Positions 35,257-43,247 of a stretch of 64,000 nt of DNA are shown here, piece by piece; within the stretch, counting starts at the first letter, position 1, and the number at the start of each line of letters is the position of its first letter. The stretch lies in assembly GCA_020725555.1 (NCBI GenBank), contig DYEU01000026.1, positions 115,693-179,692 of the forward strand, read 5' to 3'. The DNA comes from Desulfatibacillum sp. GTDB taxonomy: Bacteria > Desulfobacterota > Desulfobacteria > Desulfobacterales > SpSt-501. The notes below the pieces were generated by a model. It searched no databases. It worked only from the letters and a program-made list of their open reading frames with translations, and had not been told where the DNA came from. The position numbers and the translations under genes were made by a program.

Positions 35257-35316
35257 GGGAGGGAAGGCGCGGCAGGGGTCAAGCGGCGCATGCGCCTTCC
35301 CCCCGGCCTTTTGCTT
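35257..35316 (+). terminator. Terminator-like GC hairpin plus T-tract in the non-coding gap (plus-strand orientation)
   Basis: ggg(a)gggaaggcgc (35257-35270) pairs with gcgccttcccccc (35292-35304). Loop carries the 12-nt palindrome ggcgcatgcgcc. Followed by ggccTTTTgcTT. Confidence 0.3.
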
Positions 35317-35557
35317 GCGAGACCGCGGAACACCGGCCGATGTCGCGCGATCGTGAAGCCTCGGGCGACGGATGCCTTCCACCTCACAGGGCCCCAACGA
35401 GAGATCCCGCCTTGAGATCCCGATGCCGGCGAGTCATTGCCGGAGACCTTTTTGGGACGGACACGGCCTATTCCCTGAGGATCCCTTCTCAACGAGGTGC
35501 CCGAAGGGTGCCGCTCCCTCCATGCGCCGCGTGGACCCGACCGTCGATCCGGGGCCT

Positions 35558-35598
35558 GAAAAGCGAAGGGGCCGGAAGGGTATTCCCCTCGCGGCCCC
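35558..35598 (-). terminator. Intrinsic terminator downstream of tRNA-Lys
   Basis: Minus strand: GGGGCCG-CGAGGGGAATACCCTTC-CGGCCCC followed by TTCGCTTTTC, 37 nt after the tRNA 3' end. Confidence 0.4.
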
Positions 35599-35634
35599 GT
35601 TTTCAAAGGATAAAAGGATAATGGGATGTCCAGG

Positions 35635-35711
35635 TGGTGGGCTGCGCTGGAATCGAACCAGCAACCTAATGATTAAGAGTCATTTGCTCTGCCTAGTTGA
35701 GCTAGCAGCCC
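35635..35711 (-). tRNA. tRNA-Lys (anticodon CTT), CCA encoded
   Basis: Reverse complement GGGCTGCTAGCTCAACTAGGCAGAGCAAATGACTCTTAATCATTAGGTTGCTGGTTCGATTCCAGCGCAGCCCACCA. 7-bp acceptor GGGCTGC/GCAGCCC, D stem GCTC/GAGC, anticodon stem AATGA/TCATT with loop CT-CTT-AA, T arm GCTGG-TTCGATT-CCAGC. Confidence 0.93.
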
Positions 35712-35741
35712 AAGACCGCCCTCGCTTGCGGGCGGGTTCCC

Positions 35742-35770
35742 CTTCTACCAGAGCAGGGGGCGGCTGTCAA
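35742..35770 (-). promoter_or_regulatory. Sigma70-type promoter of tRNA-Lys
   Basis: Minus strand: A-rich upstream (aaaagaat), TTGACA (comp 35765-35770), 17 nt, TAGAAG (comp 35742-35747). About 25-nt leader to the tRNA 5' end. Confidence 0.45.
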
Positions 35771-35781
35771 ATTCTTTTCGG

Positions 35782-36537
35782 CTACTCCTTCCAGGGCGGC
35801 TTCTCGCGTTTCCAGCGGCCATGCGGGGGCCGTTTGCCGCGGCGGCGCTCGTTTGCCGCCCCGGGGTATGCTGCCGGGAACACCCGCGCCGGGTCGGGGA
35901 GGTAGCCTCCGGGCAGGATGCGCGAGGGCTTGCGGCCGGGCGCCTTGCGCTCGGCCGCCTCCTGCGCCTCGGCCGGAAGGGGCGGTCCGCTCAGGCAGGA
36001 GGGGGGGACCGCGGAGGCCTGGAAGAGCCCGCCGCCCCGGGGAAGGATGCGCACGCCGCAGCCCTCGGCCTTGCGCACGTCCACGGTCAAGACCACGGGC
36101 TCCGGGTCGACCCGGCGGCCCAGGCGCAGGGCGAACTCCCGCTCGGTGCAGAGCAGCGCCGGCGCCTGCCCGGCGGGGGCCAGGCCGTGCTCGTGCACGA
36201 AAGGCCAGGCGCGGCGGCGGATCGCGGCATAGAGCAGCCGGGGCGGGGCGGCGGGGCCTTCCCCGTCTTGCGCGGCCGCGGCCCGGCCGCCGCGGAGGCG
36301 GATACGGTTTTCCTCGATTTCGATCGCGGCCCCGGGGTGGCACAGGGGGAGGGCCCGGAGGTCGGCCTCGCGCACGTGGCGGAAGCCCTCCTCCTCGTGC
36401 AGGGCCTTGAGCAGCTCGCGGATGGGGACGAAGCCCGCCGCGTCGGGGACCAGCCCGAACTCGGCCGAGTTGCGGCCGAGCATGTAGGCGAGCATGCGGG
36501 AGAGTCGCTCCAGGGCGCGCTGCGGACCCACACCCAC
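35782..36537 (-). CDS. Tpt1/KptA (RNA 2'-phosphotransferase) fold protein with degenerate catalytic motifs and a basic Pro/Arg tail
   Basis: 251 aa. LSRMLAYMLGRNSAEFGLVPDAAGFVPIRELL aligns with KptA [31 protein letters not shown]. Also RIRLRGGRA vs CIRAVQGHS, LLYAAI vs LYHGT, GLAPAGQAPALLC vs GLIAGERHYVHLS, PVVLTVDV vs PVILTVKA (alignment from memory). Confidence 0.7.
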   Translation of the reverse strand: MGVGPQRALERLSRMLAYMLGRNSAEFGLVPDAAGFVPIRELLKALHEEEGFRHVREADLRALPLCHPGAAIEIEENRIRLRGGRAAAAQDGEGPAAPPRLLYAAIRRRAWPFVHEHGLAPAGQAPALLCTEREFALRLGRRVDPEPVVLTVDVRKAEGCGVRILPRGGGLFQASAVPPSCLSGPPLPAEAQEAAERKAPGRKPSRILPGGYLPDPARVFPAAYPGAANERRRGKRPPHGRWKREKPPWKE

Positions 36538-36557
36538 GGTCGGCCTCGGGCTTGCGG

Positions 36558-37256
36558 TTATCCCTCGGGGGACGGGGGCGAGGGCGGGGCCTCCCCCTCC
36601 GGCGGGCGGGGTTCAGGCGGCTCCGCGGGCTCCTCCCCCTCCGCCGGCCCGGCCGCGGGCTCCTGCTCCTGCGGCGGCGAAGCCGCCTCCTCTTCTTCCG
36701 GCTCGATCACGATGTGGCCGCGCTCCTCGAGGGAGGGCCGGCCGAGCTCCTCGATTTCGCGGGGGGTGGGGAGGTCGTTTAAGTCCTTTAAGTCGAAGAC
36801 CTCGAGGAAGCGCTTCGTTGTGGCGTAGATGAGCGGCCGGCCGGGGATCTCCCGGCGGCCGAGGACGCGGATGAGCTTGCGCTCGAGGAGCTGGCGCAGC
36901 ACCCCGCCGCAGTCGACCCCGCGCAGGTGCTCGATTTCGGCGCGGATGATCGGCTGCTTGTAGGCGATGATCGCGAGCGTCTCGAGCGCGGCCTTGCTCA
37001 GCCGGACGGGCCGCGGGTCGAGCAGCCGCTTCACCCAGGGGCCGTACTCCGGCCGCGTGCGGAACTGGTAGCCCCCGGCCACCTCGACGAGCACGAAGCC
37101 GCCCCGGCGCTCCTCGGTCTCGGCCTGGAGCGCCGCGAGCGCGGCATGGATCTCGGCCCCCTCCACGGGGCCGAGCACCTGCCGCAGCCGCTCGGCCGAG
37201 AGGGGCTCGTCGGCGACGAAGAGCAGGGCCTCGATGATGTTCTTCAGGTCGTCCAT
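36558..37256 (-). CDS. scpB: Segregation and condensation protein B
   Basis: 232 aa. IIEALLFVADEPLSAERL..., GGYQFRTRPEY, LSKAALETLAIIAYKQPIIRAEIEHLRGV. Acidic/Pro-rich C-tail. Confidence 0.93.
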   Translation of the reverse strand: MDDLKNIIEALLFVADEPLSAERLRQVLGPVEGAEIHAALAALQAETEERRGGFVLVEVAGGYQFRTRPEYGPWVKRLLDPRPVRLSKAALETLAIIAYKQPIIRAEIEHLRGVDCGGVLRQLLERKLIRVLGRREIPGRPLIYATTKRFLEVFDLKDLNDLPTPREIEELGRPSLEERGHIVIEPEEEEAASPPQEQEPAAGPAEGEEPAEPPEPRPPEGEAPPSPPSPEG

Positions 37257-38014
37257 CAGAGGTAGAAGATCCGGATGATCCCCGAAGGGAGGTGCTGGGC
37301 GAGCCGGATCAGGCCGAGCTTCACCATCTCGAGGAGCGCAAGAAAGGTGACCACGATGTCGGCCCGCGTCGGTTCCGCCGGGAAGAGCTCCTCGAAGGTG
37401 AGCGAGCCGCGCTCCTCGAGCGCGTCGGCGATCTGCGTCATGCGGTCCTTGACCGAAAGCGTGTCGGCGGTGAACTCCAGGCGGCGGTCCTCGGGCAGCC
37501 CGGCGAGGATCCGCTGGAAGGCGTCGATCAGCTCGAAGAGGCCGATCTTGACGATCTCCGCCTCCGCCGCCAGGTCCGCCGCGGCGCCGGTCTTGGCGGG
37601 CCGCGTGAAGGTGTCCTCGCCGAGGAGCGGCCGCTCGGCGAGCTGCTCGGCCGCGGACTTGAGGCGCAGGTACTCGACCAGCGGCCGGACGATCTCCTGC
37701 CGCGGGTCCTCTTCTTCGCCGCCCTCCTCGGCGTGGACCGGGAGCAGCATGCGCGATTTGATCTGCAGCAGCGTCGAGGCCATCACCACGAACTCGCCGG
37801 CGTAGTCCACGTTCATCGCATCCAGGAATTCCAGGTACGCGAGGTACTGCTCGGTGATCAGCGCGATCGGGATGTCCGTGACGGCGATCTCGTTTTTCTT
37901 GATCAGGTGGACGAGGAGGTCCATCGGCCCCTCGAAGACGTCGGTCAGGCGCACGCGGTAGGGGGCCTTCGGACCCCCGGCGGTCTCGCCGCCCGCGGTG
38001 GGCTCGAGGCTCAT
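37256..38014 (-). CDS. scpA: Segregation and condensation protein A
   Basis: Track ORF 37256..38221 trimmed to ATG comp(38012-38014). RLTDVFEGPMDLLVHLIKKNEIAVTDIPIALITEQYL. Start overlaps the trpS stop. Confidence 0.92.
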   Translation of the reverse strand: MSLEPTAGGETAGGPKAPYRVRLTDVFEGPMDLLVHLIKKNEIAVTDIPIALITEQYLAYLEFLDAMNVDYAGEFVVMASTLLQIKSRMLLPVHAEEGGEEEDPRQEIVRPLVEYLRLKSAAEQLAERPLLGEDTFTRPAKTGAAADLAAEAEIVKIGLFELIDAFQRILAGLPEDRRLEFTADTLSVKDRMTQIADALEERGSLTFEELFPAEPTRADIVVTFLALLEMVKLGLIRLAQHLPSGIIRIFYL

Positions 38015-39000
38015 CGCAGGCCGACCGCGCGGCGGACCTCCTCGAGGGTCGCCTGCGCCACCCGCCGGGCCTTCTCGTTGCCGGCGGCGATGATCCGCTC
38101 CAGGCGCTGCGGCTCGCTTTCGTAGCCCCGGCGCCGCGCGCGCATCGGCTCGAGGAAGGCGTTGAGATGCCCCGCCATCAGCTTCTTGCACTCGACACAG
38201 CCGATGCCCGCGGTGCGGCACTTGCGGTCGACCTCGGCCACGACCTCCGGGGGCGAGTAGAGCTTGTGGAAGTCGAAGACGTTGCAGACCTCGGGGTTCC
38301 CGGGGTCGCTGCGGCGCATGCGCTGGGGGTCGGTGATCATGGTCGCGACCTTGGCCGCCACGGCCTCCGGCGGGTCGTTCAGAAAGATCGCGTTCCCGTA
38401 GCTCTTGCTCATCTTGCGCCGGTCGGTGCCGAGGAGCTTGGGGGTTTGGGTGAGGATCACCTGGGGCTCGGGGAAGACCGGGCCGTAGAGGAAGTTGAAG
38501 CGCCGGGCGATCTCGCGGGTGATCTCGACGTGCGGCGCCTGGTCGACCCCCACGGGCACGCCGAAGGGTTTATAGAGGATGATGTCGGCCGCCTGCAGCA
38601 CGGGGTAGCCGAGGAAGCCGTAGGTCGAGAGGTCCCGGTTCTGCAGCTGCTCGATCTGTTCCTTGTAGGTGGGGTTCCTCTCGAGCCAGGGCACCGGGGT
38701 GATCATGCCGAGCAGGAGATAGAGCTCGGCGTGCTCGGGGAGGTGCGACTGGATGAAGAGGGTCGAGGCCTCCGGGTCGATCCCGGCGGCGAGCCAATCG
38801 AGCAGGATCTCGCGCGTGTAGCCCCTGATCGGGGCGGGGTTTTCGTAGTCGCTGGTGAGCGCATGCCAGTCGGCGACGAAGAAAAAGCACTCGTACTCCG
38901 CCTGCAGGCGGACCCAGTTGGCGAGCGCGCCGTGGTAGTTGCCCAGGTGAAGCGGCCCCGTGGGCCGCATGCCGCTCAAGATCCGTCGTTTGCTCTCCAA
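38011..39000 (-). CDS. trpS: Tryptophan-tRNA ligase
   Basis: 3' part of the artefactual 1100-aa track ORF. TTG start comp(38998-39000) behind AAGGAG gives LESKRRILSGMRPTGPLHLGNYHGA (HIGH). KMSKS present (RRKMSKSYGN). Confidence 0.92.
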   Translation of the reverse strand: MESKRRILSGMRPTGPLHLGNYHGALANWVRLQAEYECFFFVADWHALTSDYENPAPIRGYTREILLDWLAAGIDPEASTLFIQSHLPEHAELYLLLGMITPVPWLERNPTYKEQIEQLQNRDLSTYGFLGYPVLQAADIILYKPFGVPVGVDQAPHVEITREIARRFNFLYGPVFPEPQVILTQTPKLLGTDRRKMSKSYGNAIFLNDPPEAVAAKVATMITDPQRMRRSDPGNPEVCNVFDFHKLYSPPEVVAEVDRKCRTAGIGCVECKKLMAGHLNAFLEPMRARRRGYESEPQRLERIIAAGNEKARRVAQATLEEVRRAVGLR

Positions 39001-39059
39001 ATTCCGCTCCTTCCGCGTGGGGCGCCCGCCCCCGTCCCTCTCGCCCACCCGGAGCGCCT

Positions 39060-41777
39060 TCAGGCGGGCTCCGGCCGCGGGCCGTGGTCGGGGGCGTGGG
39101 GCCGCAGCAGCTCCCGGACCAGGGCGAGCTCCTCCTCGCGGGTTTCCACCCGGCCGTTCAGGCGCGCGTCCAGGACCGCGTCGAGAATCCGCCGGTAGAG
39201 CGGCCCGGGCGGCAGGCCCAGCCGCTTGAGGTCCTCGCCGTTCACGGAGATCGCGGTCCGCCGCAGGTGGGTGAAGTAGTGCGAGATCGCCTTTTTCACC
39301 CGCTCGGGGCCGGCGGCCGCCATCATGAAGAGGACGAGCTCGGTGCGGAAGCCGCAGAGCCGGCGGTAGACCGCGCTGGGCTCGAGCGGCTCGCGGCGGC
39401 CGAGCTCCTGCAGGCAGCGCCGGCCGGCCTCGCGGCCCGCGGTGAAGAGCCCCTCGAGCCGCGGCGGCAGCTCGAAGCGCCGGCAGAGCTCCGCCGCCTG
39501 CGCGGCGTCGAGACGGTCGATCAGGGCCAGAAAATAAACGGCCCACTTCATATAGAACTCGCCCAGAAAAAGCAAATCGTACCAGCCCACCACCCGGCGG
39601 ACCGCCTGCAGGAGGTGCTCGAGCCCCCGGTCGAACACGATCTGGGGGTGGAGCACGGGCAGGAGCTGAAAGTCGCCCAGGCGCTTCACGGCCGCGATGG
39701 GGTTGTCCTCCTCGAGCAGCAGCTTGAGCTCCTGGAAGAGGCGCCGCCCCGAGAGGTTGCGGAAAAAATCCATCTTGACCGCGTTCTGGATCAGCCCCGC
39801 CGTGAGCCGCCCGATCGAGAAGCCGAAGCGCTGCTCGAAACGGATGGCGCGGAAAGCGCGCGTGGGGTCCTCGACGAGGCTTAGGTTGTGCAGGACGCGG
39901 ATCGTCTTTTCCTTGATGTCCTTCTGGGCGTTGAAGAAGTCGATCAGCGTGCCGAAGCGCCCGGGGTTCAGCTGGAGGGCGAGGGTGTTGATCGTGAAGT
40001 CCCGCCGGTAGAGGTCGAGCTTGATCGAGCTCATCTCCACCGTCGGCAGCGCGGCCGGGAAGCGGTAGTATTCGAGCCGCGCGGAGGCGACGTCGATCTT
40101 GCGGCCGTCGGGGAAGGCGAGCACGGCGGTGCCGAAGCGCTCGTGGGTGTGGAGGCGCGCCCCGGCCTGGCGGGCGAAGCGCCGCGCAAAGGCGATGCCG
40201 TCGCCCTCGATCACGATGTCGATGTCCTCGACCTCGCGCTGCAGCAGCAGGTCGCGGACGAAGCCGCCCACGACGTAGGCGGCGAGCCCGAGCTCGGAGG
40301 CGACGGCCCCGATCTCCTGCAAGAGCCCGAGGAGGCGGACGGGGAGCCGCTCGGCGAGCAGCGAGGCGAGGTTGCGCGTCCGCGGCAGCGCCCCCTCGCG
40401 CAGGGGGTCCCGCCCCGCCCCGCCTTCCATGCGCTCGCGGCCGACGAGGACGTTCAGGAGATCGGTGCGCGTGATCACCCCGAGGATCTTTCCGCCTTCG
40501 ACGACCGGCAGGATGCGCTGCTTGTGGTCGATGATCTTCTTCTGGATCTCCTGCAGGTCGGCCTCGGGCCCGACGGCGGCGACCTCGGAGGTCATGTACT
40601 CGCCGACCGGCACCCGGCCCAGCCCGTGGTGGAGCGCCTTCTCGACCACCTGGCGGGTGATGTAGCCCCGCAGGGCGGGCTCCCCGCCGGGGGGCGTCTC
40701 GGTGACGAGCAGGGCGTTCACGTTGTAGCGCGTGAGGGTGTCGTTCGCCTCCTCGCAGGAGACGGCGGCGTCGACGCAGATCGGGGGCGAGGACATGAGC
40801 GTCCCGGCGAGGCGGCGGTTCTGGAGGGTCTGGTGCAGCCGCTCGAGGAGCCGGGCTTCCGCCTGCTGCAGGGTCATCCCCTTCAGGGTGGCGGCCGCGG
40901 CGTAGGCGTGCCCGCCGCCTCCGAGCCCGGAGAGGATCGCCCCGACGTCGACGTCCTCCCGGCGGCTGCGGCCCACGACGTGGATCTTGGACTCCATCAG
41001 GGCGAGCGCAAAGAAGACCTCGAGGTTCTCCATGCGCGCCATCTTCTGGACCAGGAAGGCGAAGTCGGGGATGTAGGCCTCGCGCTGGATGCCGGTGACG
41101 ACCACCTCGATGCCGTTGATGTGGAGCCGGCGGGCGGCCTGGAGCATGTCGTTGAGGATCGCGACCTGCTCGGGGTTGAGCTCGCGGGCGATCAGGTCGG
41201 AGACGACGTTGAGCGAGGCCCCGCAGGCGAGCAGCCAGGAGGCGGCGGCGAGGTCCCTGGGCGTCGTCGAGGGGTAGGTGAAGGAGCCGGTGTCCTCGTA
41301 GAGCCCCAGGCACAGGATCGTCGCCTCCTCGGCGGTGAGGCGCACGTTGCTCTCGCGCAGGATCTCGACGAGCAGCGTGACCGTCGCCCCCACGGGCGCG
41401 CAGACCTCCACGGCGCCGCGGAGGTCGCCCTCGGCCTCCGGGTGGTGGTCGTAGAGGTGGATCTCCACGTCGGGGCGGGAGGCGAGGGCGGCGAGCTTGC
41501 CGATCCGCGCCGGCTGCCGCGTGTCGACCAGCACCAGGCGCCGGACGCGCCGGAGGTCGACCTCGGAGAGCTCCACGATGTGGAACAGGTAGAGCAGCGA
41601 GCTCACGAAGAAGGTGCGCAGGTTTTTTTCCTGCGAGCCGGGGAACACGACGACCCCCTCGGGGTAGAGCTTGCGGGCCGCCAGCAGCGAGGCGAGGGCG
41701 TCGAAATCGGCGTTGATGTGGGTCGCGATGAGGGTGAGGCCGCCCTCGTCGGCGGCCGGCGCGATCGGCTCGGGCAT
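39060..41777 (-). CDS. cca: Multidomain tRNA nucleotidyltransferase (CCA-adding/poly(A) polymerase family) fused to N-terminal DHH-DHHA1 phosphoesterase and a CBS pair
   Basis: ATG comp(41775-41777). DHH: HINADFDALASLLAARKLY, HLYDHHPEAEG. DHHA1: LGGGGHAYAAAATL. CBS pair: NALLVTE...GYITRQVV, QRILPVVEGGKILGVITRTDLL. NTase head: YVVGGFVRDLLLQREVEDIDIVIEGD, YRRDFTINTLALQL. Confidence 0.88.
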   Translation of the reverse strand: MPEPIAPAADEGGLTLIATHINADFDALASLLAARKLYPEGVVVFPGSQEKNLRTFFVSSLLYLFHIVELSEVDLRRVRRLVLVDTRQPARIGKLAALASRPDVEIHLYDHHPEAEGDLRGAVEVCAPVGATVTLLVEILRESNVRLTAEEATILCLGLYEDTGSFTYPSTTPRDLAAASWLLACGASLNVVSDLIARELNPEQVAILNDMLQAARRLHINGIEVVVTGIQREAYIPDFAFLVQKMARMENLEVFFALALMESKIHVVGRSRREDVDVGAILSGLGGGGHAYAAAATLKGMTLQQAEARLLERLHQTLQNRRLAGTLMSSPPICVDAAVSCEEANDTLTRYNVNALLVTETPPGGEPALRGYITRQVVEKALHHGLGRVPVGEYMTSEVAAVGPEADLQEIQKKIIDHKQRILPVVEGGKILGVITRTDLLNVLVGRERMEGGAGRDPLREGALPRTRNLASLLAERLPVRLLGLLQEIGAVASELGLAAYVVGGFVRDLLLQREVEDIDIVIEGDGIAFARRFARQAGARLHTHERFGTAVLAFPDGRKIDVASARLEYYRFPAALPTVEMSSIKLDLYRRDFTINTLALQLNPGRFGTLIDFFNAQKDIKEKTIRVLHNLSLVEDPTRAFRAIRFEQRFGFSIGRLTAGLIQNAVKMDFFRNLSGRRLFQELKLLLEEDNPIAAVKRLGDFQLLPVLHPQIVFDRGLEHLLQAVRRVVGWYDLLFLGEFYMKWAVYFLALIDRLDAAQAAELCRRFELPPRLEGLFTAGREAGRRCLQELGRREPLEPSAVYRRLCGFRTELVLFMMAAAGPERVKKAISHYFTHLRRTAISVNGEDLKRLGLPPGPLYRRILDAVLDARLNGRVETREEELALVRELLRPHAPDHGPRPEPA

Positions 41778-42028
41778 GGGTCTTCGCGGGCTGGAGGCGT
41801 GGGGGCTCCCCGGCCGGGGCCGCGCGGGAGGCCCCCCGGGAACGCCGCGGTTTCGGTTTCCGCCAACCCTACCACAAGCCCGCCGCGAAACAAACCGCAA
41901 GGGGGGCTCAAGTTTCCGGCCGGGGGGCCGATAGTCAATCCGAACCCGGCGTTTGCCCGGCCGGCCGCGGCGGTTTCCGGCGGCCGGGCGCGGCCCGGCG
42001 GGACGGCAATCGCGGGGAGGGAGGGCTC

Positions 42029-43237
42029 ATGCCAGTCTACCTGTGGGTCGGCAAGAACCGGCTGAACAAGATCCAGAAGGGCGAGATGGAGGCGCCGAAC
42101 GAGCAGGCCGTGCGGGCGAGTCTGGCGCGGCAGAAGATCCAGCCCACGCGGGTCAAGCAGAAACCCAAGGATCTCTTCGAGAACATCCGCTTCCTGCAGC
42201 CCAAGGTGCGGGAAAACGACGTCATCCTCTTCGCCCGGCAGTTCTCCACGATGATCGACGCGGGGCTGCCGATCATCCAGTGCCTCGACATCCTCCACAA
42301 CCAGCAGAACAACGCGACCTTCAAGAGAATCCTCCGCCAGATCAAGGAGTCGGTGGAGGGCGGCTCGACCCTCGCCGAGGCGCTCAAGAAGTTCCCGCGG
42401 CAGTTCGACGACCTCTTCGTCAACATGGTGGCGGCCGGGGAGGCGGGCGGGATCCTCGACGCGATCCTCAGGCGGCTCGCCTCCTACATGGAAAAAGCGG
42501 CCCGCCTGAAGTCCAAGGTGAAGGGGGCGATGACCTATCCCCTCGTCACCCTGGGGATCGCAATCATCGTCCTCGCCGTCATCCTCATTTTCGTCATCCC
42601 CGTCTTCGAGGAGATGTTCGCCGACTTCGGCAGCGAGCTGCCCGCCCCGACGCAGTTCGTGGTCTCCATGAGCGACCTCGTGAAGAGCAAGATCCTCTAC
42701 ATCGTCGGGGCCCTCCTGCTCGGCGGGATCGCCTTCCGCAAGTACTACAAGACCGAGAAGGGGCGCGACACGATCGATGCCCTGCTGCTGAGGCTGCCGG
42801 TCTTCGGGATCCTGCTGCGCAAGGTGGCCGTCGCCAAGTTCACCCGCACGATGGGGACGATGCTCGCAAGCGGGGTGGCGATCCTCGAGGCGCTCGACAT
42901 CGTCGCCAAGACCGCCGGCAACCGCACCGTCGAGAAGGCGATTTACAACGTGCGCTCCGGCATCGCCGAGGGCCGCACGATGGCCGACCCGCTGGCCGAG
43001 TCCGGGGTCTTCCCGCCGATGGTCTGCCAGATGATCGCCGTCGGCGAGTCGACCGGCGCCCTCGACGCCATGCTCGAGAAGATCGCCGACTTCTACGACG
43101 AGGAGGTCGACCAGGCGGTCGAGAACCTCACGCAGCTGATCGAGCCCGTCATGCTCGTCTTCCTCGGGGTGACGATCGGCGGGCTGGTCGTGGCCATGTA
43201 CCTGCCGATTTTCAAGATGGCCGGGGCCATCGCCTAA
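42029..43237 (+). CDS. pilC: Type IV pilus platform protein PilC (GspF family)
   Basis: 402 aa. Two T2SS-F repeats (FARQFSTMIDAGLPIIQCLDIL; FTRTMGTMLASGVAILEALDIV), three TM helices. Confidence 0.93.
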   Translation: MPVYLWVGKNRLNKIQKGEMEAPNEQAVRASLARQKIQPTRVKQKPKDLFENIRFLQPKVRENDVILFARQFSTMIDAGLPIIQCLDILHNQQNNATFKRILRQIKESVEGGSTLAEALKKFPRQFDDLFVNMVAAGEAGGILDAILRRLASYMEKAARLKSKVKGAMTYPLVTLGIAIIVLAVILIFVIPVFEEMFADFGSELPAPTQFVVSMSDLVKSKILYIVGALLLGGIAFRKYYKTEKGRDTIDALLLRLPVFGILLRKVAVAKFTRTMGTMLASGVAILEALDIVAKTAGNRTVEKAIYNVRSGIAEGRTMADPLAESGVFPPMVCQMIAVGESTGALDAMLEKIADFYDEEVDQAVENLTQLIEPVMLVFLGVTIGGLVVAMYLPIFKMAGAIA

Positions 43238-43247
43238 CGGGGTCCCC

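Noticed and set aside
34839-35621. 260-aa plus-strand and 157/100/83-aa minus-strand ORFs in the gap next to tRNA-Lys. This includes a faint integrase-like string (DIDVARLRGIDWRDGFF).
   Set aside because: Compositions are not protein-like. The 83-aa frame is closed by a stop 9 codons upstream of its TTG. I found no further tyrosine-recombinase boxes, so the resemblance is too weak to call a pseudogene.
34927-35634. Known structured RNAs (RNase P RNA, tmRNA, SRP RNA, cobalamin riboswitch) in the non-coding gap.
   Set aside because: I could not find the diagnostic conserved strings on either strand (e.g. GGAAAGUCCGG for RNase P, a tRNA-like tmRNA end, the B12 box). Only generic hairpins are present.
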